Shown piece by piece: positions 19,055 through 32,058 of a DNA stretch of 64,000 bases (positions within the stretch are counted from its first letter, which is position 1; each line of letters starts with the position of its first letter). Both the position numbers and the translations under genes were made by a program. The DNA comes from Nitrospirota bacterium (GTDB lineage Bacteria; Nitrospirota; UBA9217). Where the stretch lies: assembly GCA_963740085.1 (NCBI GenBank), contig CAVUCU010000001.1, positions 1,376,001 through 1,440,000 on the forward strand. The letters run 5' to 3'. The notes beneath the pieces were generated by a model. The model saw only the letters and a list, made by a program, of their open reading frames with translations. It made no database searches and had not been told where the DNA came from.

Positions 19055-20401
19055 ATGAAAGTTCCCTCGAAAGCACTGCATCTTGGGCAGGTGTTGCTCC
19101 CCTTCCAGGAGTTCTTCCGCCTGGAAGCAGCAGGCGGCATCCTGCTCATGGCCTGCACGGTGGCGGCCCTGGTCTGGGCCAATTCACCCTGGTCAGGATC
19201 GTACAGCGCGCTCTGGCATACGGAGCTCAGCGCGGGGCTGGGCCCGTGGAGTATTGCGAAATCGCTTCACGCATGGATCAACGACGGTCTGATGGCGATA
19301 TTCTTTTTCGCGGTCGGTCTTGAGATCAAGCGCGAGGTGCTGGTCGGTGAGCTCGCCACCGTAAAGAAGGCCATGTTGCCGATCGCCGCGGCCTTGGGCG
19401 GGATGATGGTCCCGGCAATCATCTATTACGCATTGAATGCGGGAAGGCCGGGCATGAACGGCTGGGGAATTCCCATGGCAACTGACATCGCTTTCGCCCT
19501 GGGCGTACTGGCGATACTGGGAGACCGCGTCTGCCTCTCGGTCAAGATCTTCCTGACAGCCCTGGCGATCGTCGACGATATCGGCGCGGTGCTGATAATC
19601 GCATTGTTCTATACCGCAGAGGTCTCGCTATCCGCCCTTGGTGTGGGAGCTGTTTTTCTGGCCGCGCTTGTCATCGCGAACCGGGCGGGCGTGCACAACC
19701 CGCTCGTGTATACCGTCCTGGGCCTCGGCCTCTGGGCGGCCTTCCTGAAGTCCGGCGTCCATCCCACGGTCGCGGGCGTTATCGTCGCCATGACGATCCC
19801 GGCCCGACAGCAGATCAGCGATGCCGACTTTCTCACCAGGAGCCGGAATATCCTGACTTCCTTTCGGGAGGTGAGTGAAAAAGGCGGCAGAATGATCGCA
19901 AGCGAGAGCCAGCGCAAAGCGGCAGCCGCGCTGAACCGGGCGAGCCAGTTCGTCCAGACGCCGCTCCAGCGTATGGAACATGAGCTCCATCCCTGGGTAA
20001 CGTTCCTCATCGTACCGGTCTTTGCCCTGGCGAATGCGGGCGTGAATATCAGCGCCGGGTTCTCGGAAGCCTTGACGGACCGGATCTCGCTCGGGATCAT
20101 TGCGGGTCTGGTCGGTGGCAAACAAATCGGGATCACGCTCTTTGCCTGGCTTGCCGTCAAGGCCGGCTTGGCAGCGCTTCCCGGGGATATAGCCTGGAAG
20201 GACATCTATGCCGCGGGTTGGCTCGGGGGCATCGGCTTTACCATGTCGCTCTTCATCGCGAATCTTGCCTTTGATGAGACTTCATTCCTTACGGTTTCCA
20301 AGGTCGGCATCTTGACCGCCTCCCTCATAGCGGGCGGCGTGGGGTGGGCGACGTTCAAAAGCACGACGCCCTGCAGGCCGACCATGCCGCAAACCGATTG
20401 A
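19055..20401 (+). CDS. nhaA: Na+/H+ antiporter NhaA
   Basis: WINDGLMAIFF, GWGIPMATDIAF, LAIVDDIG and GIGFTMSLFI. Confidence 0.95.
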   Translation: MKVPSKALHLGQVLLPFQEFFRLEAAGGILLMACTVAALVWANSPWSGSYSALWHTELSAGLGPWSIAKSLHAWINDGLMAIFFFAVGLEIKREVLVGELATVKKAMLPIAAALGGMMVPAIIYYALNAGRPGMNGWGIPMATDIAFALGVLAILGDRVCLSVKIFLTALAIVDDIGAVLIIALFYTAEVSLSALGVGAVFLAALVIANRAGVHNPLVYTVLGLGLWAAFLKSGVHPTVAGVIVAMTIPARQQISDADFLTRSRNILTSFREVSEKGGRMIASESQRKAAAALNRASQFVQTPLQRMEHELHPWVTFLIVPVFALANAGVNISAGFSEALTDRISLGIIAGLVGGKQIGITLFAWLAVKAGLAALPGDIAWKDIYAAGWLGGIGFTMSLFIANLAFDETSFLTVSKVGILTASLIAGGVGWATFKSTTPCRPTMPQTD

Positions 20402-20529
20402 AGGAAGTCCGGGCGAAGCCGAAAATAACGCTGTCGCGACAGCGCGCCTCAGGGAGATTTGATAAGTCAGGAAGATAGGAAGGTCGCACGGAACAGACGG
20501 TCGCGGGTATCGAGTAAAGAGGAGGGACC

Positions 20530-21009
20530 ATGGACAACGAGGTCGTGTATTTATCGAAGGTCAGGATAGAGCGGGATAAAGGGCCGCTTCGGCGGGCCTG
20601 GCTGCCCGCGGAGAAAGAGCCCGTAGTATTCGGCGTTCATTCGGGAATAGCGGCGCATTACAAGGTCGACCCTGCGAAGTTCGAGCCGCATGCAGCGACC
20701 CTCGATTATGTCGTGGCCGCAGCCGCCGGCTGACTCACCGGCACCTTTGGCGGCGCGCTGGAAGCGCGCGGGATATCAGCATCGGAAGGGCGGCTTGCGT
20801 CGGAGGCCCGGGGAGAGATAGAGACCGAGGGCGGTGTGCTCGTAGTAAAACGGATCCACGTTACCTATCATCTCAAGCTCGGCCTCAAGGACCGGGAAAC
20901 CGCCGAACGGGTCCATGGTTTTCACAAGGAACACTGTCCCGTTGCCCGCACCATCGGCAATTGCGTGGACATCACTACTTCGCTCGATATGGAGGATACC
21001 CCGGCCTGA
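20530..21009 (+). CDS. OsmC-related selenoprotein, 159 aa, predicted Sec at codon 68 (TGA 20731-20733)
   Basis: TLDYVVAAAAG-UGA-LTGTFGGALEARGI continues in frame to ...HCPVARTI...EDTPA*. The UGA sits where the first OsmC/Ohr redox Cys lies, the second Cys (CPV) is present, and a SECIS-like hairpin follows. Confidence 0.85.
20731..20769 (+). promoter_or_regulatory. Bacterial SECIS-like element
   Basis: Perfect stem GCGCGCT(20753-20759)/AGCGCGC(20763-20769) with a G-first GGA loop; 26 nt separate the UGA from the loop. Confidence 0.7.
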
Positions 21010-21208
21010 TCCGGGCAAGAGGGAACCGAATTCTTATTCACCACGAAGGTCATACTAGCCGCACAGAAATTCAAAAGGTCGGGCAGAGGGTCCCCTCTTG
21101 TTGTTGTGGGGTCACCCGGCAGTGACATCATGGCCGCCCGCGCGTGCGGACAAAAGCACGCTGGTTCCGGGCCGGCGAAAAAAAGAGAAGCGAACCGTCA
21201 TCTTCATC

Positions 21209-22381
21209 CTACAGCGTGACATTCTCCTGCAGCGCATGGTACGCCAGCAAGAACATGGCGGCGTTCCAGGACTGGCCGTTCATGCCCATGGGTTCGCCGG
21301 TCCTGCCGTGGAACCACTCGTTGAATGACCAGTTGTTCACCCGGCAGACCCCGGCGTAGCGCGCCAGTTCCTGCCAGGCAAGTTCCCTTCGCCCGGTCTT
21401 TGTCAGCAGCATGACCCAGAAGCCGGCGACAAAGGGCCAGATGCCGCCGTTATGGTACTGGTGCGGAAGATTTTGTTTATGACGCTCCATGTAGGGCCGC
21501 CAGAGGGGATTGGTTCTCGCGATGGGGAAGAGCACGGATCGGACGGGCCAGGGACGGTTCGCCTTTTCACGCAGCAGGGCATCAAGAATGCCCGTTCTTC
21601 TCTTCAACACCGGGATCGAGAAGAGGCAGGAGAGCACATTGCCGAAGACATCCACCTCTTCCCCCCAGAAGGAGAAGTTCACGAAGCTGAGGTAAAAGTC
21701 GCGCTGTTTCGCCCCGCTCTTTACATAGTCCGTGAGGACCCGGACGCGGCGGTGCCTGGAGCAGGACTTGTCAAAGGGATAGAACAGATGGCGGAAAAAA
21801 TGACGCGTCTTGTCGGCCGTGGCCACGTGGTAAAGCTTCTTGACATGGTACCACAGTGCGTTGGAGTAGAGCACGAAGCCCGAGCGCGGCATGATGTCGG
21901 CCCAGTCGCTGGCCTCGTTCTGCTGCAGCAGGTACATGCCCTGGTGCTCCTGGCAGAAGAGCCAGCCGAGGGCCTTACCGGTCTCCTGCTCCAGTTTCTT
22001 TTTTAATTCTTCCCCGGGGAAGGTGCGGTCGTAGAAGTCCAGGGCGATGAGCCACCAGAGCGTGGCGTCGATGCAGCCTGAATACCAGAAGTCCGTTTTC
22101 CGTGTCTGGGTCACGTACTTCGGGATCTGGCCGTTCGGGGCCTGGTATCGGGCGAGGGTGAGGATGCCTGTCTTCGCGGCGCGGGCGAGTTCACGGTCTC
22201 CCGATGTCACCATGCCCAGGGAACAGATCGCGGCGTCCCTGCCGAAGATGCTGGCATACCCCCTGTCCACGGCCTTCTTTGAACGGGCGCAGGCAATAAC
22301 ACCGGAGGCCGTGGAGTTCCGCTTCAAGAGTTCCAGGGAGCGGTCGTAGCATTCATCTATGAGATCGATGTCGGTCTTCAT
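21209..22381 (-). CDS. (alpha/alpha)6-barrel glycoside hydrolase (GH100/amylo-alpha-1,6-glucosidase/MGH-like)
   Basis: YASIFGRDA, Q.PNGQIP, DATLWW, YHNGGIWP, FNEW and QSWNAA motifs. Confidence 0.78.
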   Translation of the reverse strand: MKTDIDLIDECYDRSLELLKRNSTASGVIACARSKKAVDRGYASIFGRDAAICSLGMVTSGDRELARAAKTGILTLARYQAPNGQIPKYVTQTRKTDFWYSGCIDATLWWLIALDFYDRTFPGEELKKKLEQETGKALGWLFCQEHQGMYLLQQNEASDWADIMPRSGFVLYSNALWYHVKKLYHVATADKTRHFFRHLFYPFDKSCSRHRRVRVLTDYVKSGAKQRDFYLSFVNFSFWGEEVDVFGNVLSCLFSIPVLKRRTGILDALLREKANRPWPVRSVLFPIARTNPLWRPYMERHKQNLPHQYHNGGIWPFVAGFWVMLLTKTGRRELAWQELARYAGVCRVNNWSFNEWFHGRTGEPMGMNGQSWNAAMFLLAYHALQENVTL

Positions 22382-22387
22382 CGTAAC

Positions 22388-22416
22388 AGTATAGGGCAGG
22401 GCTATGATATAATGAA
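22388..22416. promoter_or_regulatory. Overlapping divergent promoters (leaderless hydrolase gene versus glgE operon)
   Basis: Minus-strand CTATACT with 6 nt to the ATG at 22381 and no SD; plus-strand TGATATAAT at 22405-22413. Confidence 0.55.
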
Positions 22417-22530
22417 GTTACCATAGCATGTTTTTCCGTTTTTTTCCATAGCCCTGTAGCATCGGCTTTTTTGCACCCCTGTGCATCTCACGATCCGCAG
22501 GACATATCGATCAAGACCAAGGGGACTTTC

Positions 22531-24528
22531 ATGATTGAAGACGGAAGAAGGCGGGTTGTCATCGAGCGCGTGTATCCCGAGATCGATGGCGGTGCATTTC
22601 CGGCGAAGCGGGTGGTCGGAGAAAAGATCGAGGTGTCGGCTGATATCTTTTCCGACGGCCACGACTCGCTCTCCGCGCGGCTGCAGTACCGCCTTGCCTC
22701 GGACTCCGCATGGATCTCGGTTCCGATGGTTTCCCGGGTGAACGACCGTTGGCGTGCCGAGTTCACGGTCGCGGAGATGGGCGTCTACGTCTATACGGTC
22801 GAGGGATGGGTGGACCATTTCCGGACCTGGCAGCGGGACCTCAAGAAGAAGCACGAGGCCGACCAGGACCTGCGCGTGGATCTCATGACCGGCCTGCGGA
22901 TGGTCGCTGACGCGGTCAGCCGCATCACCGATGACAAGCCCCGTCAGGCCATCACCCTCCTTCACGGTCAGCTTGAGAAGGCGGCAGGCGGAAGTGATGC
23001 CGAGGCGGTTGCTCTTGCCCTGGGTAAGGACCTTACGGACCTCATGGAGCAATATCCCGATCGGCGTTTTGCTGTTACTTATGGCAGGGAGCTGCAGGTC
23101 ACTGTGGATATTCCCAAGGCGCTCTTCAGCACGTGGTACGAGTTCTTTCCCCGTTCGGTCCCGTCCGATAAGGGGGAACTCACGGCACCTTCAAAGACTG
23201 CGAGAGGTTCCTGCCCTATGTGGCCGGCATGGGCTTCGATGTCGTCTATCTTCCCCCCATCCATCCGATCGGCGACGACGAAACGAAAAGGAAAGGACAA
23301 TGCCGCAGAGGCCGCGCCGGACGACGTGGGAAGCCCATGGGCCATCGGAAGCGCCGAGGGTGGTCATGACGCGGTGCATCCCGACCTCGGTACTGCTGAC
23401 GATCTGGAACGGTTCGTCAGGAAGGCGAAGGAGCTGGGCATCGACGTGGCCCTGGACCTGGCGCTCCAGTGCTCTCCGGACCATCCTTACGTGAAGGACC
23501 ATCCGACATGGTTCCGCTGGCGGCCCGATGGAACGGTCCAGTTTGCAGAGAACCCGCCGAAGAAGTATGAGGACATCTTCCCGCTGAACTTCGAGACCGA
23601 GGACTGGCAGGGGCTTTGGGAGGAGGTCCTGCGGGTGGTGCGGTTCTGGATCACCAAGGGCGTGCGTATCTTCCGCGTGGACAATCCGCACACCAAACCC
23701 TTCGCCTTCTGGCACTGGCTTATCCGCGAGGTTCGGAAAGAACATCCCGAGGTGTTCTTCCTGGCCGAAGCATTCACGAGGCCCAAGATCATGTCCCGCC
23801 TGGGCAAGGTGGGGTTCGCCCAGTCCTATACGTACTTCACCTGGCGCTATACCAAGCGGGAGTTCGTCGAGTACCTGACCGAATTGACGCGCAGCGACCT
23901 CCGGGACCTCTACCGGCCGAACTTCTGGCCGAATACGCCGGACATCCTTCCGGAACATCTTCAATACGGGGGCAGGCCGGCGTTCATCATGCGGTATCTG
24001 CTTGCCGCCACGCTTTCGTCGAACATCGGGATCTACGGACCGGCCTTCGAACTCTGCGTGAACGAACCCGTGTCCGGGAAGGAAGAGTACCTCCACTCGG
24101 AGAAGTATGAGATCAGGAAGTGGGACCTTGATGATCCGAAGAGCCTGCGCGAGGTCATCGCCCGGATCAACCGCATCCGCCGGGAGAACAAGGCGCTCCA
24201 GACCACCTGGAACCTTGAGTTCTACGAGACCGACAACGACAATCTGCTGTGCTACGGCAAGGCCACGGAGGACGGCGAGAACGCGCTCATCATCGTGGTG
24301 AACCTCGATCCCTTCCATGCCCAGTCGGGCTGGGTCCGCATCCCGGTTCAGGAGCTCGGCCTGGGCGACCACCAGCCCTACCTGGTGCACGACCTGATCG
24401 GCGACGACAAGTACATCTGGGAGGGGGAGCGGAACTTCGTGGAGCTCAACCCGCAGGTAATGCCGGGCAATATACTCCGGGTTCGGAAGAAGCTGAAGCG
24501 CGAGACAGATTTTGATTATTTTCTGTAA
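22531..24528 (+). CDS. glgE: Alpha-1,4-glucan:maltose-1-phosphate maltosyltransferase GlgE (compensating indel pair at about 23172-23274)
   Basis: [50 protein letters not shown] and NTPDIL. Confidence 0.92.
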   Translation: MIEDGRRRVVIERVYPEIDGGAFPAKRVVGEKIEVSADIFSDGHDSLSARLQYRLASDSAWISVPMVSRVNDRWRAEFTVAEMGVYVYTVEGWVDHFRTWQRDLKKKHEADQDLRVDLMTGLRMVADAVSRITDDKPRQAITLLHGQLEKAAGGSDAEAVALALGKDLTDLMEQYPDRRFAVTYGRELQVTVDIPKALFSTWYEFFPRSVPSDKGELTAPSKTARGSCPMWPAWASMSSIFPPSIRSATTKRKGKDNAAEAAPDDVGSPWAIGSAEGGHDAVHPDLGTADDLERFVRKAKELGIDVALDLALQCSPDHPYVKDHPTWFRWRPDGTVQFAENPPKKYEDIFPLNFETEDWQGLWEEVLRVVRFWITKGVRIFRVDNPHTKPFAFWHWLIREVRKEHPEVFFLAEAFTRPKIMSRLGKVGFAQSYTYFTWRYTKREFVEYLTELTRSDLRDLYRPNFWPNTPDILPEHLQYGGRPAFIMRYLLAATLSSNIGIYGPAFELCVNEPVSGKEEYLHSEKYEIRKWDLDDPKSLREVIARINRIRRENKALQTTWNLEFYETDNDNLLCYGKATEDGENALIIVVNLDPFHAQSGWVRIPVQELGLGDHQPYLVHDLIGDDKYIWEGERNFVELNPQVMPGNILRVRKKLKRETDFDYFL

Positions 24529-24565
24529 TCCGCGGGACTCGGTGAAATCGGTTTTTCCCGACAAT

Positions 24566-24700
24566 GATGTTCTCGTAAAAAGTCAAGATCTGCCGCATAA
24601 GTCACAGAGAGCACATGGTAAGACCTTTTAAAAACCACAAAGATTCTTTCTGTGCCTTATGCGCTTTTTGTGGCTAAATAACTTTTTTCGAATCTGTGAA
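24566..24700. repeat. Composite palindromic intergenic element (REP/MITE-like)
   Basis: Outer arms CGTAAAAAGT/ACTTTTTTCG enclose inner degenerate arms GCCGCATAAGTCACAGAGAGCACA / TGTGCCTTATGCGCTTTTTGTGGC. Confidence 0.5.
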
Positions 24701-24755
24701 CAATGGCGAGGCTGCCTGTTCACAAAATTCATGTTTGATCCAGTAATGGAGGCAG

Positions 24756-28094
<3,339 letters not shown>

Positions 28095-28246
28095 CAAAAA
28101 TATACCTGTAAATTCTTGACGCAGTTTTACGCTGAAAACAATCTTGATGTACCACGGTTCTTCATCGATTCACCTCGGCCGTTATCCGTGTCAAAGTTTT
28201 TCATATTTTATTCCTGGTTACGGCACCTGCACGAGAGGGAGACACC

Positions 28247-30224
28247 ATGGCTAAAAAGAAAGAGACAAAAAAAGAAACACTGCCGGCGGCAATTCGACCT
28301 GCGGATGTCGTCCCCGGGATAAGCCTCCTGACGGAACACGACATCTACCTGTTCAAGGAAGGGAACCATTTCACCCTCTATGACAAGCTCGGGGCTCATC
28401 CCTTGCTCCGCGAGAACGTGAACGGCACGCTATTCGCGGTCTGGGCGCCCGAGGCCGAGCGGGTATCGGTGATCGGCGAGTTCAACGACTGGAACAAGAA
28501 CTCGCATCCGCTGAGCGTGCGCTGGGACGGGTCCGGCATCTGGGAAGGGTTCATCCCGGGAATTGAAGCAGGGGCATTCTACAAATATCACGTCGTCTCG
28601 CGCTATGCGGGCTACCGCGCTGACAAGGGTGATCCTTTTGCCTTCTGTTGGGAGGCGCCGCCGAGAACAGCTTCCATAGTCTGCGACCTTGCGTATCAGT
28701 GGGAAGACGCGGCATGGATGAAGGACCGGCACCGTGCAAATGCCCTGAACGCGCCCTATTCGGTCTACGAAGTGCACCTGGGCTCGTGGAGACGGTCCGT
28801 GGAGCGGAACAACGGCTTTCTTACCTACCGGGAAATGGCGGAATCCCTCCCCGACTATCTGAAGGAAATGGGCTTTACGCACGTGCAGTTCATGCCGGTG
28901 ATGGAGCACCCGTTCTATGGGTCCTGGGGGTATCAGACCACGGGCTATTTCGCACCATCGAGCCGGTATGGAAAGCCACAGGACTTCATGTATCTCGTGG
29001 ACCGCCTGCATCAGAACGGGATCGGCGTTATCCTCGACTGGGTGCCATCGCACTTTCCGAGCGATGAGCATGGTCTCGCCTATTTTGACGGGACCCATCT
29101 CTATGAGCACGCGGACCCGCAAAAGGGTTTTCATCCGGACTGGAAGAGCTACATTTTTAATTACGGCAGGCACGAGGTCCGCGCCTTTCTGGTAAGCAGC
29201 GCCCTGTTCTGGCTTGAGAAATACCATGTTGACGGCATCAGGATCGACGCGGTCGCGTCCATGCTCTACCTCGACTACTCGCGCAAGGAAGGCGAGTGGA
29301 TCCCCAATCAGTTCGGCGGCAATGAGAACCTCGATGCCATCAACTTCCTCAGGCGGCTGAATGAAGAGGTCTATCGCAGGTATCCTGACGTCCAGACCAT
29401 TGCCGAGGAATCCACCTCGTGGCCCATGGTGTCGCGGCCCGTGTATGTAGGGCGGGCTCGGGTTCGGCATGAAGTGGAACATGGGCTGGATGCACGACAC
29501 CCTCGCGTATTTTTCGGTCGATCCGTTGTATCGGAAATACCATCACAACCAGCTGACCTTCAGCATCTGGTATGCCTTTTTCGAGAATTTCATGCTCTCG
29601 CTGTCCCACGACGAAGTCGTGCACGGCAAGGGCTCCCTGATGAATAAGATGCCCGGTGACGCCTGGCAGAAGTTCGCGAACATGCGGCTTCTCCTCGGAT
29701 ATATGTATACCCACCCGGGCAAAAAGCTCCTGTTCATGGGCGCCGAGTTCGGCCAGTGGAGCGAGTGGGGCCATGATAAGAGCCTCGACTGGCACCTGCT
29801 GCAGTATCCTCCCCATCGGGCGCTTCAGACCTGGATGAAACACCTGAACATCCTGTACCGCCATGAACCCGCGCTCTATGAGCTCGACTTCGTGAATGCA
29901 GGCTTTGCCTGGGACGACATCGGCGACTGGGAGCACAGCATCGTGAGCTATTTTCGAAAAGGCAACGCACCCGAAGACGTACTTCTTGTGGTCTGCAATC
30001 TAACGCCCGTGCCGCGGCATAACTACCGGCTTGGGGTCCCTGCGGGCGGATACTGGCGCGAGCTATTGAACAGCGATTCCCGCGAGTACGGCGGAAGCGG
30101 GCAGGGCAATCTGGGCGGGGTCGAGGCAACGCCGGTGCCCATGCACGGAAGATACCATTCCCTCTCGATCACCGCGCCCCCTCTGGGCATGGTCATTTTC
30201 AAAAAAGAGGGAAAGAAATCATGA
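28247..30224 (+). CDS. glgB: 1,4-alpha-glucan branching enzyme GlgB, split by an extra G at about 29450-29452 (sequencing error or pseudogene)
   Basis: [23 protein letters not shown] and AEESTSW in frame 28247; [19 protein letters not shown] and [10 protein letters not shown] in the next frame. Removing one G restores [13 protein letters not shown]. Confidence 0.9.
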
Positions 30225-32056
30225 TGCCCGGTGCGCGATATCTCGGTGATGGTGCGTATGAATTCGCCGTCTGGGCTCCCCTCGTGAAGAGCATGGCCGT
30301 GAAGATCGTATCTGTCCCGGAACGCCTGGTCCCCATGGAACGGACGGGGTCCGGCTATTGGACGGCCGTGGCGAGTGGTCTGCCTGCGGATGTGCGGTAT
30401 CTCTATCGCCTCGACAATGACCGCGACCGACCGGACCCTGCATCGCACTTTCAGCCCGACGGTGTTCACGGTCCGTCACAGGTCGTTGACCATGGTGCCT
30501 TCCCGTGGACGGACAGTGGATGGAAAGGTCTCCCGCTGCCATCGATGGTCATGTACGAGATCCACACGGGAACGTTCACGCCGGAGGGAACTTTCGAGGC
30601 AATCATCCCGCGGTTGGCGGCCCTGAAGGCCCTGGGCATCAATGCGGTAGAGCTCATGCCGGTTGCCCAGTTTCCGGGAACGCGCAACTGGGGATACGAC
30701 GGGGTCTATCCGTACGCTGTCCAGAACTCCTATGGCGGACCCGGGGGATTGAAGCGTCTGGTCGACGCCTGTCATACGATGGAGATGGCTGTGATCCTCG
30801 ATGTCGTGTATAATCATCTCGGGCCGGAAGGCAATTATCTCTGGGATTTCGGCCCTTATTTCACCGACAAGTACCGGACGCCCTGGGGTCGGGCAATAAA
30901 CTTTGACGGCCCCTGCAGCGATGAAGTGAGAACCTATTTCACCGGCAACGCCCTGCACTGGGTGCGGGAGTATCACCTGGATGCCCTGCGGATCGATGCG
31001 ATCCACGGCATCTTCGACTTCAGCGCAAAACATATCTTGCAGGAACTGGGCGAGGCCGTGCATCATGCCGCCGGGGCGCTCGGCAGGAGTGTGCAGGTGA
31101 TCCCTGAGAGCGACCTGAACGATGTCAGGGTCATCGATCCCGCGGAGATCGGTGGCTACGGCCTGGATGCGCAGTGGAATGACGATTTTCATCATGCCGT
31201 TCACACCCTGATCACGGGAGAGTTGAAGGGATACTACGAGGACTTCGGAAGGATCGAACAGATGGAGAAGGCCCTGCGCGAGGGTTTCGTCTACTCCGGC
31301 CAATACTCTTCGTTCAGAAAAAGAAAACACGGCAACGATTCCAGGGACCGGCCTGCGCACCAGTTCGTGGTCTTTTCCCAGAACCACGACCAGGTGGGAA
31401 ACCGGATGCTCGGCGACCGGATGTCAAAGCTCGCCTCCTTCGAGGCGCTGAAGCTTGCGGCGGGCCTGGTCATCCTGTCCCCTTCTCTCCCGCTCCTGTT
31501 CATGGGCGAGGAGTATGGCGAGGACGCGCCGTTCCTCTATTTCGTGAGCCACGGGGACAGGGACCTCATCGATGCCGTGCGAAACGGCCGGCGCGAGGAG
31601 TTCAAGGCATTCTCCTGGGAGGGCGAGCCGCCGGACCCGCAGAGCGAAGGGACCTTCCGCGCATCAAAGCTCGACTGGGGCAAGCGTGAACGCGGTCATC
31701 ATCAACTCCTCCTCGGATTTTATAAGCAGTTGATCCGGCTGCGTAAAGAGATTGCCGCGCTATCAGAACTTGACCGGAGCCGCCTTGAGGTATCCGTCAT
31801 CCCCGAAGCAAACGTCATCACGATGCGACGATGGGACGGATCCAATGCAAGCCACGCCTATTGTCTGTTCAATTTCGAAAAGAACGATGTGAATATAGCC
31901 GTATCGATGCCTGCGGGGCTATGGAACAAGGTTATCGATTCGTCGGACAGCGCCTGGAACGGACCGGGCTCCCTGCTGCCCGAACAGATCCGGAACAACG
32001 ACCACGTGACGCTGCACGGACAAAGCGTTGCGCTTTATGTGCGGGAGGGCGATTAG
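30221..32056 (+). CDS. treZ: Malto-oligosyltrehalose trehalohydrolase TreZ
   Basis: [41 protein letters not shown] and QNHDQVGNR. Confidence 0.93.
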   Translation: MMPGARYLGDGAYEFAVWAPLVKSMAVKIVSVPERLVPMERTGSGYWTAVASGLPADVRYLYRLDNDRDRPDPASHFQPDGVHGPSQVVDHGAFPWTDSGWKGLPLPSMVMYEIHTGTFTPEGTFEAIIPRLAALKALGINAVELMPVAQFPGTRNWGYDGVYPYAVQNSYGGPGGLKRLVDACHTMEMAVILDVVYNHLGPEGNYLWDFGPYFTDKYRTPWGRAINFDGPCSDEVRTYFTGNALHWVREYHLDALRIDAIHGIFDFSAKHILQELGEAVHHAAGALGRSVQVIPESDLNDVRVIDPAEIGGYGLDAQWNDDFHHAVHTLITGELKGYYEDFGRIEQMEKALREGFVYSGQYSSFRKRKHGNDSRDRPAHQFVVFSQNHDQVGNRMLGDRMSKLASFEALKLAAGLVILSPSLPLLFMGEEYGEDAPFLYFVSHGDRDLIDAVRNGRREEFKAFSWEGEPPDPQSEGTFRASKLDWGKRERGHHQLLLGFYKQLIRLRKEIAALSELDRSRLEVSVIPEANVITMRRWDGSNASHAYCLFNFEKNDVNIAVSMPAGLWNKVIDSSDSAWNGPGSLLPEQIRNNDHVTLHGQSVALYVREGD

Positions 32057-32058
32057 CC

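Noticed and set aside
20530-20733. 67-aa ORF as a complete small protein or nonsense pseudogene
   Set aside because: The in-frame OsmC-like continuation, the UGA at the catalytic Cys position and the SECIS-like hairpin favour Sec readthrough.
31831-32058. 76-aa N-terminal extension of the GH57 ORF
   Set aside because: It overlaps treZ; the family N-terminus (MERYICIHGHFYQP) starts at ATG 32059 after a GGAGG SD.
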